Assembly: GCF_000143415.4 (NCBI RefSeq)
Contig: NW_003314276.1
Location: forward strand, 2,080,091 to 2,144,090
DNA: 64,000 nt
Reading direction: 5' to 3'
Source: Selaginella moellendorffii
Taxonomy: Eukaryota; Plantae; Lycopodiophyta
Made by a program: the position numbers and the translations under genes
Part shown: positions 35,440-49,524 of the stretch, piece after piece
Layout of the letters: each line of letters begins with the position of its first letter
How positions within the stretch are numbered: position 1 is the first letter of the stretch
Notes under the pieces: generated by a model
What the model was told of the DNA's origin: nothing
Databases searched by the model: none
What the model saw: the letters and a program-made list of their open reading frames with translations, nothing else

Positions 35440-38400
35440 AAGACGAGAAGGATAGCGGCGGTGGAAGTCCTGAACAAGGTCAGGAGAATGAATCAGGTTG
35501 TCCGCAGGTTCCCAAGTGCGTTCCTCAGGTCCGTAACCCTTCCAGTCCACCAGATAGTAGAGTTTAGACCGTGAAATCTTGGAATCAAGGATGTCCTGAA
35601 CGTCGTACTCAGACCCATCCTCGAGCTGCACTGGTGGAGGCGGAGGAATGACCCGATTTGGAATAGGATTGGGAATATAAGGCTCAAGGAGAGAGGAGTG
35701 AAAAACGGGGTGAATTTGATATGAGGAGGGAAGTGCAAGGCGATAAGTGACAGGATTAATGATGGCAGTGATAGGGAAAGGACCAAGGCGTTTGAAATCG
35801 AGTTTTGGACAGGGCCTGGTGGTGGAGATATTTCGCCTGAGGAGCTAGACTTTATCCCCAATATTGTAAGGGGGACAATCCTGACGATGGACATTGGCAA
35901 ATGTTTTATGAGATTCCTAAGCACGATGGAGGTGGAAGGAGATGGAGTTGTGGATTTCCTAGTTGGAGATAAATGCCTCAGAGTGGGGATTTGAACGAGA
36001 GGATTCAGATGGAGAAGGAAGTGAGAGATTGAATCGGGGATTTCGGCCAGAGTTCGCAAAGAAGGGGGAAACTCGAAGAGAGGAGTGAACAGAGTTGTTA
36101 TAGGAAAACTCAGCAAGGGGAAGGATATTGAACCAGTTATCCTGATGATAGTTGATGAAGCACCTCAAGAATTGTTCCAACGTCTGAATCGTTCGCTCGG
36201 ACTGCCCATCAGTTTGAGGATGATATGCCGAAGAGAGGTTGGCCTTCACTCCAAGCAGTTGCAAAAACCGTTGCTAGAAATGAGAGATGAACTGAGGCCC
36301 CCGATCTGAAACCACATCTGTAGGAATCCCATGAAGTCGGAAAATTTCCCTGAATACCAGTTTTGCCATGTCCTCGCCCGAAAACTCCTTGGTACATGGC
36401 AAGAAGTGCGCCATCTTTGTGAAGCGATCCACCACGACTAAAATGCTGTTGAAGCCTCCAGAACTCGGAAGATCACTCAAGAAATCCATGGAGATGGATT
36501 CCCAAGGACCTGAAGGGACCGGAAGGGAACGAAGCAAACCTGAAGGAAGGTGGCGAGGTACCTTATTCCGGGCACAAGTGTCACAGGAGGTAACAAAAGC
36601 TTTGATGTAGTCGTCCATATGAGGCCACCAAAAGTCCCGTGCAACTAGCTCATAGGTTTTCGCAATGCCGAAGTGACTAGCAGTCGGGCTATCGTGGCAC
36701 GCCATCAGGACCAACCTTCGAGCATCACCTTCAGGAACGTAAAGCTGCTCCCCACGGTACAATAAGCCATCTAAGAACTCGAACTCGTCAAATCGCCGGC
36801 AGTCGGGAGTCACTGGGTGTCCAGCTTGAAGATGGGGGAAAATGTCGCTAGTGAGATCATCGGATTGAAGATCGTTTCTGATTGCATCCATCAAGGAGGA
36901 GTCCTGAGGGGCCAGGGAAATTGCCATAACTTGAAGCCGATCAGGACCAAGGATAACTTGATCCTGTTGATCGAAGGCAGGATTACCAGGCCTGAGACTG
37001 AGATAGGAGCGCCTTGAAAGAGCATCAGGAAGGCCTTGAAACTTTCCAGGTCTGTACTTGATAACAAAGTCAAACCGACTCAGGAATTGTGCCCACCTTG
37101 CTTGACGACGGCTTAAAACTCGGGAAGTGGCAAAGTACTCGAGATTTTTGTGATCCGTCCAGACTGTTGTTTGATGGCTCGCCCCCTCCAAGAAACGGCG
37201 CCACTCTCCAAAGGAATCCACGATGGCAAGGAGCTCCTTGTCGTGGATTTCGTAATTGATCTCCGCAGGCTGGAATTTCCGAGAATGGAAAGCGACCAGA
37301 TGAAGTTCGTGATCCGCTCCGAGTTGAGACAGCACAACACTAATGGCAAAGTCGGAGGCGTCAGCCTCAATGAAGAAAGGTTGTGAGGAATCAGCATGGA
37401 TCAAGACAGGAGCAGAACTGAAGGCCGCCTTGAGTGTGTTGAAGGCCTGCTGGGCAGCAGCAGACCAAGAGAAGGGAACATCCTTACAAGTGAGATGTGT
37501 GAGAGGAAGGACAATGTCATAGTAGTGATCAATGAATTTGCGGTAGAAGTTGGCGAAGCCAAGGAAAACCTGAACGTCCGACATTGATTGTGGAGGCTCC
37601 CATTCGAGAATAGTCTTGACTTTAGCAGGATCCATCGTGATACCCTCAGGAGTGACAATGTACCCAAGGAACTCCACAGACTGCTGATCAAAGGAACATT
37701 TCTCAAACTTCGCGTATAGGCCGTGTTCTCGCAGCTTCGCTAGCACCTTGCGAACATGTTTGTCATGCTCCTCCTAAGTTTTTGAGTAGATGAGGATGTC
37801 ATCGAGGTAGACGATCACCATCTGATCAAGAAACTCCCGAAAAACGTCGTTCACCATGTGTTGAAAAACCGCTGGAGCATTTGTCAAGCCAAATGGCATG
37901 ACAGTGTACTCGAAGTGGCCATAGCGGGTTCGGAACGCAGTCTTCCATTCATCACCAGGCCGGATCCGGATCAGGTTGTATGCTCCACGGAGGTCGATCT
38001 TGGTGAAGAAGCGGGCACCGCCGAGGCGTTCCAACAGGTCCGAGATCAGGGGCAGCGGATAACGGTTCTGAACAGTCACCTTGTTCAAACCTCGGTAGTC
38101 GATGACTAGCCGCAAGCTCCCATCCTTCTTCTTGACAAAGAAGACAGGCGCTCCAGCCGGGGACTGCGAATGCTAAATGTAGCCTGAGGCAAGGTTCTCA
38201 TCCACGTACTCTTTGAGGGCCTTAAGCTCGGACGGGGATAACCCGTAGATAGGCCCCCACGGAGGTGACGCTCCTTCCTGTAAATCAATGGGACAATCAT
38301 AAGGCCGATGAATAGGCAGTACACTAGCTTTTTTCTTGTCAAACACATCCCCAAAATCATGATACTTCTTAGGAAGACTGACAGGAGAAACATGCAAAGC

Positions 38401-39078
38401 AAAAAGAAAAAGAGGTTCTTCATGAAGGAGTTCTTTCATAGTGATTGTGGAGATAGGAGAAGGGGTACGACTAAATGGAATGATGAGACGAGGATACTGT
38501 CCAGTGTAAGATGGAAGAGAGGAAAAAGAAGAGGATGAAAACTTCGTAGAGTCAGGAATAGAACCCTGACTTGAGTTTAGGGAACTTTTCTTGATTCGGA
38601 CTCGATGAACACCAGGGGAAGCTGTGGGAGATGGTGATGTGGGAGAGATGAGCTGTAAGTCCTTCCAACAAATCTGAGGCTGATGTAGTTGGAACCAAGG
38701 AAGACCGAGCACCACAGATGAGGACTTGCTGTTGATGATATTGAAGGCAATATCGGTGACAGTGGACCCGATGTGTACTCGAACGGGCAACGTTTCCCTA
38801 AGTCCAGAAGATGGAGACACAAAATGCCCGCCGATGCCTTCAACCCTCAGATCCCGTATGGTAGGAGAAAGAGGAACATGATATCGGGCAGCAAAGTCCG
38901 TGTCCATGAAGCAGGAAGTTGCACCCGAGTCCAGTAGCGCCAAAGCCTTGAGTCCTGATTGTCCGGTGAAAGAAAGGAGACATGGGACGCGGAAGTTGCG
39001 GGAATTGGTGGTGGCTTTGATGAAAGGTGGTGAGGAGCTTGATAAGGAAGAAAAGTGATTTTTATTTGGGGAGTCCAA
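35440..39078 (-). pseudogene. pol: Pol polyprotein (PR, RT, RNase H, IN, chromodomain) with in-frame stops
   Basis: [44 protein letters not shown] and chromodomain YDVQDILDS..YLVDWKGYGPEERTWEP. TAG stops near 38173, 37774, 36274 and 35959. Confidence 0.92.
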
Positions 39079-40052
39079 ACAGATAGCTCCTACTCAGTTT
39101 GGACAGGGTCGTTTCCCGACTGCAACAGAGGTGGACTTTGAGGCAGAGTGAACTCGAGCAATCGGGGAGGCTTCCTGGGACACACAGCTGCTTTGTGATT
39201 AGGATCAGCACAGTAGAGGCAAAGATTATGAGATATTTCTCAGCAGGACTCAACTTCCCTCTAATGAGTCGGGGAGTACCAGAAATATCCATCGGGACCA
39301 GAGCAGTAGGTTCAGGACTATGCCCCGAAGACTCAAGCTGGGATTCCTGAGTCTGAGACGGAAAAACAGCAGCGCGGCGACTTTCCTGACGACGTTCAAA
39401 GAGACGATTGTCACATCGAACAGCTTTGTTGATGGCGTCCGACAGGTCCTTGGGATCCTCCATGGTGAGCAACAAATCCTTGACACCGTTGTTGAGGCCG
39501 AAACGAAATTGGTCAATCAAGTCCCGCTCATCCCACTGAGTGTCCAAGGCAAGGAGTTGGAACTCTGCAGCGTAGATCGAGGCAGGACGAGACCCCTGAG
39601 AGAGACGTCTCATCTTTGTGGTAGCAGCCCGAACCCGATCCGTCTCGCCAAAACATGCTTCGAGCTTCTCTTTGAACAATTGAAGATCCATCAGCTCCGG
39701 AACCACGACCCCTTTCATGCTCTTCTCCAGAAGAGGAGAAAACCATGACAAAGCTGCACCCTCGAGCAACGTCCCAATCGCGCCGATTTGAGACTCGGGA
39801 GTGGGGTACCGCCAATGTTGAAGTGCAAAGATCAGCTCCATTTGGTTCAAAAATCCACGAAGCTCCGAACGCTTGCCTGAAAATTTCGCCGGGAAACTCA
39901 CCTTCGGTTTAGGAACTTTGCTGGATCCTTGAGCCGAAAGTGAAGCAAGCTCCTGCTGGATGCGAAGAAGGGTCGCCTTCAGCTCGGTATTCTCAGACTG
40001 GATTTTTGCAAGGACTTCGGCAAAGAAATCAGGATGGCTTGGAGACTCCATT
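39062..40052 (-). CDS. gag: Retrotransposon Gag
   Basis: PAKFSGKRSELRGFL, LLEGAALSW, LSQGSRPASIYAAEF, FRFGL, VPMDI. Confidence 0.88.
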
Positions 40053-40150
40053 GGCAAGAAGAAAGAAAAGAAAAGGGGGAAAAAGACAAAGGCAATCAAA
40101 TAATCAAAACGAGCTAAAAAAAAAGCAAAAAAACACAATCTGAATCAAAC

Positions 40151-40537
40151 TGTCAAGACCCCCAACAAGATCAAGACTGGAAAATGCTAAAGACAAAGAG
40201 AAAAAGCTAGTGAAAACAAAGAAGAGGCCTTAAACTGGTGTTGATTCAGATTGTGGAGAAATGGAACAAGGCTAACCTATATATACTATAGGTTGATGAA
40301 GCTCCACCACTCTTGGATCGAGGACGGCCTAAATACAGTTGAGGTCGAGGAGGCGCCACATCATCATCAGGAATGTGGCTCGAGACTCAGGAATCAGGAA
40401 GTGTCTCGAGACTCAGGAATCGGGAAGTGTCTCGAGAGTTAGGAATAGGGAAGTGTCTCGAGAGTCAAGAATGTGGTCTGCAGGTCAGGAATCTGGCGAG
40501 AGTCAGGAATGTGGCAAGAATTGGGGGATTCCTGACA
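40151..40537 (-). repeat. 5' LTR of chromovirus
   Basis: Direct repeat of 34947-35333. Confidence 0.95.
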
Positions 40538-42418
40538 CTCAAATGGGGCACTATTCCACATGAGCCAAAAGCACTATAATTGATTCCCCTTCTAGAAGTG
40601 GGAGTTGCTTTTAAGCACTTCCTTGGGTGTCCCCTCTAGGACCACCCAAGTTTATACTCACTCCCACCCAAGGCCCCTTAGCCCCAATTTCAACCTCAAA
40701 TCTGTTTAGAAGCACTATTGAAAAATTCTTTCAAAACTGGTTCCTAAACCTCATTATCCTTATTATACTTTTGGAACCTCCTACAACCCCCCCTCCTAGG
40801 AGACACACAGTTTGGGCTTTCACCCCACGACCTGTATTAGTATTCGGACTCGATCTCGGACTTGATTTCAGACTCGGTTTCGAACTCGATCTTGGACCCA
40901 ACTTTAGACTCTGTCTCGGACTCGATCTTGGATTTGGTCTCGGACCCAATCTTGGATCTCGAACTTGGTCTCGAACTTGGTCTCAGACTTGGTATTGGAC
41001 TTGTCTCGAAGTCGGTATTGGACTTGATCTCAAACTCGGTCTTAAACTCGGTCTTAGAAGTGGTCTTAGCCTCGATCTTGCACTCGGTCTCATTCAATGA
41101 ACTCTTTATCATTTTTGTCGTTCTTTCGGGGATCTTTTAGCTTTTGACACCTCGGGGAGTTGGTTCTTTACAAGTAAATCTTCATGCACTTTTATATAAA
41201 ATGCCAAGTTATTAGAAAACTTCATATAATTTTGAGGGTTTGGTGGAATATTTATCTTCTACAACATTAATACAACCTCTTGGTCACAAAGTCATAAAAG
41301 TGATGAGATCAACTTTAGATGATTTTGGAATTTAATTTGCAATAAAACCAATTAAGAACCTTGAAACTGTTAGAAGAAAGAGATAAATAAGTGAGCCTAT
41401 ACAACCAACAATTTTGCCCTGTCTCGAGTACGAGTATATAACTATAGAATGAGGAAGACTAGTGCTCTTGAGCAACAAAAAGCCTATATGCTTCCAAGTT
41501 AAATTAAGAGAGATTCATAGAATTTAGTTATACATTGATTTGAAACAAGTTCTATAGTCATATGTTTTTCTTGGATTGGAGGAATATTATATAGTAAGAA
41601 AATTACGACATGAACTTTACACACTCCAGTTGATTGTTTTTGTGGACAACAACAATATGGCAATCCTCCACAATATTGTGATTAGTTCATATGGTTATGT
41701 TCTACAAAATTTCTATATACATAGTTTATGTAGTGTCAATTATCTAGAAACCAAGACATATACTATGTATTTGGTTAGTTGAAGAAGGGGTAAAATTGAT
41801 AAATTTGGAGCCTCAAGTTTTAGTTGAAGCAAGCTTTAAATTTGAAAAAAACACTTTACAACCATAACCACAAGCTCAATCTTAGCACTTTTCTTAAAAA
41901 ATTCTAAAAATGAAAAAGAGAAAAATATGTGAAAATTAAATATACATAGTCAAAGGAAGCAAGGCAACATACTCAAAACCATTATATTGAAGGTGGAAGT
42001 TAAAATTCTCATCATTACAAGTATATAATTCTCAATTATCGAATTGATATTGTAAATACAGAGATTTACAACATCACAACAAATTAATTCCCAAGTTGCA
42101 CTTGTATTGCTTTTTGTAATGTTCTACTTTTGGTGAGTCTTTAATCCCTTACAAACATATATATTTGATATATTTAATGCTTTTTGAGATGGATCCAAAT
42201 GTTAAAATTTGGATTCACCACAATGAGGGGTTTATAACATTGAGAAAGAATTAGATGTTAGAATTGTATTTGAATTTAAAATATTTATTATGGAATATTA
42301 TTTATAAGTTACACATAAAATAACAAAGTGCATTTTTTAAAGTTTAACTCAAATGGATTTTATAGTAATAATGAAATATTTATTAATACTAATTATTAAA
42401 TATTAAAATAATAATTTC

Positions 42419-45090
42419 TGAATGCGTGGAATATGGAAAGAGAATACAGAAAATATCCATCTCAATTAGCCCAAGAACCCTAGTTTATATAGAGGAGTAA
42501 GTGGTCTGGATTGAAACCAATTCGACGTCTACCAAAATCCCACTACATAATATTAATATACAGCATTGTAGTTGTACAGATGGACCTCAGATCATCTCCT
42601 CCTCTCCGAATAATGGAAGGCCATTAGGGTTCTCTTGCAGATGGGCCAGGATCTAGAGGAACGTTATGAGGAAGCATTGGCGAATCTGTAGGTAGTATTA
42701 GTTGTTGTTGATCCCTTTGTACAAAGCATTTCAACCGTTATATATGCACAATTTCTAGAGGATCGGCTTGCTGAATGTCATGCCTAACTTCATAAACTTG
42801 TGGTCCAACTTGCTATAACACCCAATATGGTCCTTTCCATTGAGCAAGGAGCCCCTTAGATAAATCATGTACTATAAAATAGGGAAAACAGAGTAACATT
42901 AAGTCATCCACTTTGTACTTTGCAAATGGACGATGATGGGAGTTGTAGCGCCATTGTTGTCCCACTTGTACATGGCCTAAGTGTTCGGCAGACTCTACTC
43001 AGACAAATGGAAGAATGCTCATCAAATACTGATCCCACAATCTAGCATTGGCAGCTTGTGACAATCGCGAAAGGTAAACCCAGCTTCATTAGTAATATTG
43101 AACCATGACCATACAGGAGTTTATATGGTGAAGCACTAACAGAACTCTGCACCCCTATGACATATGCATATTAAAGAGATGGCAACTAACCACCCCAATC
43201 CAAATGCTGAAAGTTCATATACTTCGCGATCATTCCTTTGAATGTCCAAACGAGCTGTTCTACCAAACCGTCTAACTATGGATGATAAGCACTCGTGAAA
43301 GTGTGGCATATCCCTAATCTAGACGTCAAAACATGAAATGCCTCAGCTATAAATGTAGGACTATTATCTGAAAGAATTCACTCCGAACAAGAATGCTGGA
43401 ACACCACTCGATTGAGGAAGAAGTATCCAGCAGTTGTAGAGGCGCTAGCAAGAACACCAACTTCCACCCAATGAGTGAAATAGTCAGAAGCAATAATAAC
43501 ATATTCATTACCAACTGCCGACGGTGGAAAAGGTCCCATAAGATTAAATGCCACCAACTCAAATAGACGGGAAACTACAATTGACTCCAACCATTTATCC
43601 GCGGCATGAGGGGGAGTATTATGAGCTTGGCACCAAATGCAACTATGCACATACCGGATAATATCACATCGCATCTCCGGCTAATAGAAAAACTTGCGCA
43701 GCTTCTCAGTCATATGATGATGTCCTATAAAACAGGAAAATCATGGTAGGCATGGAGAAACCGTTGAATAAAGATAAAAGGCACCACTAGTCGTAAATGA
43801 TCATCAATATCCATCCCCACAAAATAAAAAAAGCCGTTTTCAAGGCAATATTGAGAATATAAGGCAATATAAGGCGTCTTCAAGGTGATATTGAGAATGT
43901 CTCAAAGGACAGTTGACAGGTAACTTTTTCTACCCAAAGTCGCATTTGTTGGAGGAATTGGAAAAGGGAAGAGCAAAATAATACGGAAACATAGGAGGAA
44001 GTAATAGGGCAACAAAAGTAATGGACGTAGAGGTAGAAGCAAAGGGACAAAAAGGTATGGAAGTGAGAGGAATGGATGAAATATAAAGAAGTATAAGACA
44101 AAGGGGAGAAGCCTTAAAGTCATATTTGGCATGATTGCGTTGCAATCAATCCATACCAAAGATGAGGTCAAAAGCTTGACTTGACACCACCCGCAATGAC
44201 TGCAACCCAAGCTCGAGATCACCTACATACACAATTAGGTCCACCTCATCCCGTGCACATGCATATATATAACTGTTGCTATAAAGAATGAAAATTGGCT
44301 CCATCGCATAGCACAAGTGTAGATGGCAACATGTGGTAATAAGTCGAGCAATAAAAGACAGAGAGAATAATAGGAGACCACTTGTTATAAAAATAAGCTT
44401 GGAAAGTAAACACTGGATGAACTGGTGGCAAATGAACCCTTTGATGATACTCCTGAAAAAAATATGGAGAGGTCACTAACTTATTTGCGCAAGGTCTTTT
44501 CATTATTCATGTGACTCCTCATTTCCCGGATGCATCTCAGTATCCAAACTTTCCATTACAGTAGCACCAACAAAACATTGTTGATGCCAAGGTCTCCACC
44601 CAAGAAATGGTGGCCGCCAATCTGGAAAACACTGACAACACTGATAAGTGTGACCAACTTCATCACATGCTCAACAACAAATATCATGGCCATAACCACG
44701 TCTTTGCCCTTGTCTTTAGACTTAAGCAACAGTAGCATCAACCTCCATTGGAACATGACCATTATTCACATGAAGTGAAGTTGAAGGACATGCAGTGAGA
44801 AGTGAAAGAGGTGATATCTTATAATGTTGTGCAAAGTGAAGAGCATCGTCAAGGGTGGCTAGAGCAAGTGCATGCACAAGTCCGACAAAATCTTGACGAA
44901 GTATTAGCCACAACATTCCTAGCTTGATCCGCTTTAACATATTTGAGCCCGCACGAAGCAAGAGGCTTCGGAAACAAACGCCAAATTCCATTACTAACTT
45001 AGATGGCCCTTGACAAAGATGATGCAATTGTTAGAAGGCATCATCATAATTGTTGCCATGTTTGAATGTGCATTTGAAGATGTCTGGAAA
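42419..45090 (-). mobile_element. Second, truncated copy of the RT-less gypsy derivative
   Basis: Colinear with 24484-27190 and fills the N-gap region of the first copy. Confidence 0.65.
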
Positions 45091-45152
45091 AACAAGAAAG
45101 AAAATGGTCATAAAATGGTCACCTTTGGACTAAAGGGAGCCCCTGAATTTTT

Positions 45153-45804
45153 TCACTGCTGCTGCTCTGTGGATCCATCGTTGTGGGAAGAATCAGAGTT
45201 TCCACCGCCGCTGCCACCATTTCTACAGGGAGCTACCGCTCGCCACTGCTGCTTGTAGCTGGCTTTGAAGATTGCCTGGCAGAACCGCTTGGTTCGATCG
45301 TCCAGCTCCATCCCCGGGCTCTCCTCCATCTTCTTCTTCTGCTTCTCCAGCTCGTGAACCACATGGATCACCGGGTTTGGAGCGTTTCCATCCAAATCCT
45401 TGGCTAACTCCTGGCAAGTAAAGCCAGAAGTTCACAGAAGAACTTTCAACCAAGAACAAGGAAAGAACACTAACCTGGCTCTTGTGTATCAAGCTCTCGA
45501 GGCTCTTGAGCTTGCGGTGAGGCCACCGGGGGATCCCAAACTCGCAGCACCGCTTCTTGAGCACGGTGCAGCTGACTTTGAGCTCCTTGGATGCCTGAGT
45601 GATCGGCATGGTGAAGTAGCGGGAGAGATCTTCGAGGCTTATGTCCATCATCCTCTCGGTTGGGCCGAGGAAGCCACTGCATGTCACCTTGTTGCTCACA
45701 TTGCAAACGGTGACTATAGCACCTGTATTGGTGTTACCATTGCCACTATTGCCACCACCCTTGTTTCGGTTGAATCTAATTGAGCCTCCTAACATCATAA
45801 TCAA
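45153..45804 (-). CDS. RWP-RK (RKD-like) gene or fragment, copy 2 (best preserved); intron 45411-45474
   Basis: GIPRWPHRKLKSLESLI intact; GT-AG intron leads to an RKD C-terminal exon. Confidence 0.75.
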
Positions 45805-46699
45805 CCAATTCCCAAGTTACAATTGCAAATATTTATTTTAACATTAAAATTTGAAAGTTTTTCATCCTTTGCATAGGATGCTAAACTTTGGATTCATCAT
45901 AATGTTTAAACATAAGGTGAAAAAAATAGACATTGGTATTGTATTAACTTAATATAAATATACTTAAACAATTAGTATAAATACTAATTATTAAATATTG
46001 TGATAACACAAAACCTCTCCCACAAAAATTAGATGGTGGTACTTTCAAACAGATGTAAATATTACTTAAATTACATTTTATTTAAATACCTTATTAATAA
46101 AACTGTTTGCAACTAAAACCTTAATAGAATATTCTTCAGTGTGTCAAAATATTCTTGTCCACTCCCTTGGCTCACTATTTACTAGCTCCTTGTATTAGCA
46201 AATCATTTTATATAGAGCATAATCCTTGATGGTGATAGCTATTTGAAAGAAATGCCATTTTAAATTTCTTTTTAAACACTACTAAACAATATATACCAAG
46301 TAGGAATAGGACACCAACATTTTATAGTTTCATGAGTAATGAAGCATAAATAAATTGATGAGGTTTTAGAATTCTATATAATGGTAGTATAAACAAAGTT
46401 TTAATTAGCTGAGAGAGGAGTTACTTTTTCCATTTTGCTTGAGCAAACGTGTAGCAGTATTGAATATATTTAAATATGCTTAGATTCCATTCCACCAATC
46501 TAATAGTTGTTTTTCATTTAGATTAATCTTTTTATTTGTAATTTATAAACTTTCCTAAACACTTTCTAGTATATTCTTGTTTATTCTACTATTGATATGG
46601 AATAATATTAATCTTGACTTATAAATTATAAATATGTTTATAACTATTGATCAACTCCTGCAAATTAATTAAGAGATAAGTATTGTCTCTCATATTTTT

Positions 46700-47400
46700 T
46701 ATCCTTCACCATAGTGTGCCAGCTAAGATCCTTTCGTGTCTTTTCAGGCACCATCTTTGTTTGGGTTTCATGGACGGCTCCATCAACCTTGCATCACACT
46801 CTTTCCTTGCAAAGTTTACCAACCTCCTGAGAAAAGCTTTTCTCTCATTGAGCAAGCATGCTGAGTAGTGGATTCCATTCAGATTTCTCTCCCAGATCTG
46901 CAAGTGGAGCCTCTTCTCTGCTAAGTCGCCGTGTGCCCTGAGCACCACCGTGAAAGTCTGAGCATTTGCCTGCTGGCTTGCTCATAGCACTCAAGGGCGA
47001 AGGTTGTTCTCAGCATATCCCAGGAAACAATGTTTTGCTACCCCATGCAAAGTCTCGGCGTTTGGAGGCAAGCCAACTTCTCGTTGCATCTGATCGAAGA
47101 TGTGCATGTCCCATGTTGATCGTGTTCCAGGCAACCAACGTCATGTTTATTTGTCCTCCTCAACACTTCTGATGCTTCCACATGTCCACGAGGCTGCTTG
47201 AGACGAATGCATCGGCTTTGTATTCACAATTTGCGAGGTAGACCAACCTATCCTGTTCTTCGTCCCATCCTGTTGAACAACCTGTGTTGCAAGCCGCAGT
47301 GTAGACTTCAACCATACTTTCACAATTGCACTTGCTTGATTCCCGGCTTATGATGCTCTTGACTGAGAAACTTATCTGGCTGCTATGCCCTGCACTGCTT
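46700..47400 (-). pseudogene. PPR gene fragment (inverted copy)
   Basis: Reverse-complement paralog of 30090-30600. Confidence 0.55.
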
Positions 47401-47760
47401 CTTCTCATTGAAGTTGAGATTTGAGCGCCTGCAAGAACAGAGAGCAAAAGTAGTACGTTACCTTTTCTCAAAACCTTTCGTCTCAAGCAACTTCTCTGGC
47501 CTTTGGAGGCTGCTCCCCCGTCACTCTAGAGGATAGCTCAGTCAATTGAAACTTGGTAGGCTCTTGCTCTATTTTCCAGTCCATTTTCCGAGCCAGCTGT
47601 GCAATAACTTCGAAGTCTGGTGACTTCCACCAGTCGACCCTTGTATGTGATCTTCACCGTCCGTGAGCAAGAGCCTGCTGTCTTCTTGCTCTGAAACTTC
47701 ATCTCCTTGAAGATTGTTTGTACACAATCTTCCATGTGACAACGCATGCACTGTGCTGAC

Positions 47761-48525
47761 TTACGCGTCACTGCCAGCGTTGGCAGGACACTTTGAGGAG
47801 AATCCCAGAGTGCCATTGCTGTGCGAACCACGAGTGTGAGCTTCCAGCTGTTTCTTCTCAGTCAGAGAATCGTCCACCACAACTTCGATCTGCCACCCGG
47901 GATCCTGAAAGATCGCATTACTGCGCTGCTTCCTCCGAGAGAACATCCATCGCACGAGCAAAAAGCATGCAAGCAGCACCAAGATCGCAACCAAAACCCA
48001 GAGAAGAAGCTGGAGCAGCGACCACGGCGTCCTCCGAACCACTGTAACTACTGCTGTGGGTGTTGGTGTGGCCACTGCTGCGTCGTGACCCTCGTGACGA
48101 TGGTGGTGGTGGTGGTGGTGGTGGTTGTGGCGTCCTCCATGGTGGTGACCATGGTGGTGACCCTGGTGATGGTGGTGAACAACCAGAGGAGCTCCATCAC
48201 CGTGATGATGATGGTACACTGCTGCTGCTGGAGCTGGATCGTCGTGGCGAGCATCAGGCGCTGGAGCTAGATGAGCAGGGTGGCCGCGAGCAGGGTGAAC
48301 GAAAGCAGCTGGCGCTGGGGCTCGAACTGGAGCGTCACCTTGAAGAACTGGAGCTAAAGCTGGCGCTGGCTCGGGGCCTCCTCGAGGATGGTGTCCATGG
48401 TGGTCTGCTCGATGTGCTGGAGCTAGAGCTGGAGGTCGCGGGTGTGAAGGTCGGTGATGGCCGCCATGCCAGGGCGCTGGAGCTCGGCGGGCAAGCGTTG
48501 GGGCGGCGTGAGCGCGAGAGACCAT
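47761..48525 (-). CDS. His/Ala/Pro-rich membrane protein, copy 2
   Basis: 254-aa paralog of 28941-29708 with in-frame indels only. Confidence 0.6.
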   Translation of the reverse strand: MVSRAHAAPTLARRAPAPWHGGHHRPSHPRPPALAPAHRADHHGHHPRGGPEPAPALAPVLQGDAPVRAPAPAAFVHPARGHPAHLAPAPDARHDDPAPAAAVYHHHHGDGAPLVVHHHHQGHHHGHHHGGRHNHHHHHHHHRHEGHDAAVATPTPTAVVTVVRRTPWSLLQLLLWVLVAILVLLACFLLVRWMFSRRKQRSNAIFQDPGWQIEVVVDDSLTEKKQLEAHTRGSHSNGTLGFSSKCPANAGSDA

Positions 48526-49524
48526 AGCTTACCTGACGAGAGCTTCGACAATAGAAAAATCCAAGCGAGAAAGATTATAACCTAACCCTTGACTACTTTT
48601 GGTTTTAACGAGTAGCTGGTGACGCTGTGGATTGTCAGACTTGAACGCGGGAAAAAGAAACACAAGATAAATATCTATCCATTGCTGTTTTGATATTCTC
48701 ACGGTGCAACATTGATATTGATCCACAGCTCCTCCAGAGTAAAATCGGTCAAAACGCCTGGAACGATCCAACAATCGAACATATTTGGAGATGCTTGTGT
48801 CGATCCCAAAAATCCAATTCTAGTACTCATCCTGGCATTTCAAGAGCTTTTTAAGAGATGAGGTTTGGAAGGTTTCTACTCCTTGCAAAGCTGTTCCAGA
48901 TCATACCAATTTGATTTATATTGTGTTGGTTTTACCAATTGCTTTACTCATCCTCTTGAATAACAGTGCAAAGCAAAACACTAGCCTTGTTCCTCCTCCT
49001 CTAGTGAATATTATTACTATAGTATGTATTATTATTATAGTTTTTAGTAACACTAATATTATTTGGTATTTTGGTTTGCTAGTAAACATATTTAGCTACA
49101 TAATTGTAGAGCTAAAAGTCTTTTAAAATGAGCAACTTTTCTTTCTTACAAAATTTCAAAATTGGAAACATCATCTTCACATTCTTTCAAAGTTTAAGTG
49201 CATTTGCTTTTGGTATCTCATAGCCCCTGAACAAACAAATAGAGATATTGGGCACTCTTGATCAATTCAAAGAAACTAATCATTAAAAGCTTACTAGGTG
49301 ATGTACAATCTGCTAATAGAGAGAGCCAGGTCAACAAAAGGAGTCATTAAGAATAAAGCTTTAAAATATACTAGTAGACTAAAGAATATTTTCTTAAAGT
49401 TTTAGTGGCAATATTTTTATTAAAGAGGCATTTTTAAAAAATAGTAATTTAAATAATATTTAAATATGAGTGGCAATATTTCCTAATTAATAGAGGTTTT
49501 GCCTTGTCACCTAATTTACAGAAT

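Larger units (their letters stand above)
34947..40537 (-). mobile_element. Full-length Ty3/gypsy chromovirus LTR retrotransposon (Tcn1/Tf1-like), decayed
   Basis: 387-bp TG...CA LTRs, 5-bp TSD CTCAA (34942-34946, 40538-40542), PPT at 35334-35350, domain order gag-PR-RT-RH-IN-chromo. Confidence 0.96.
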
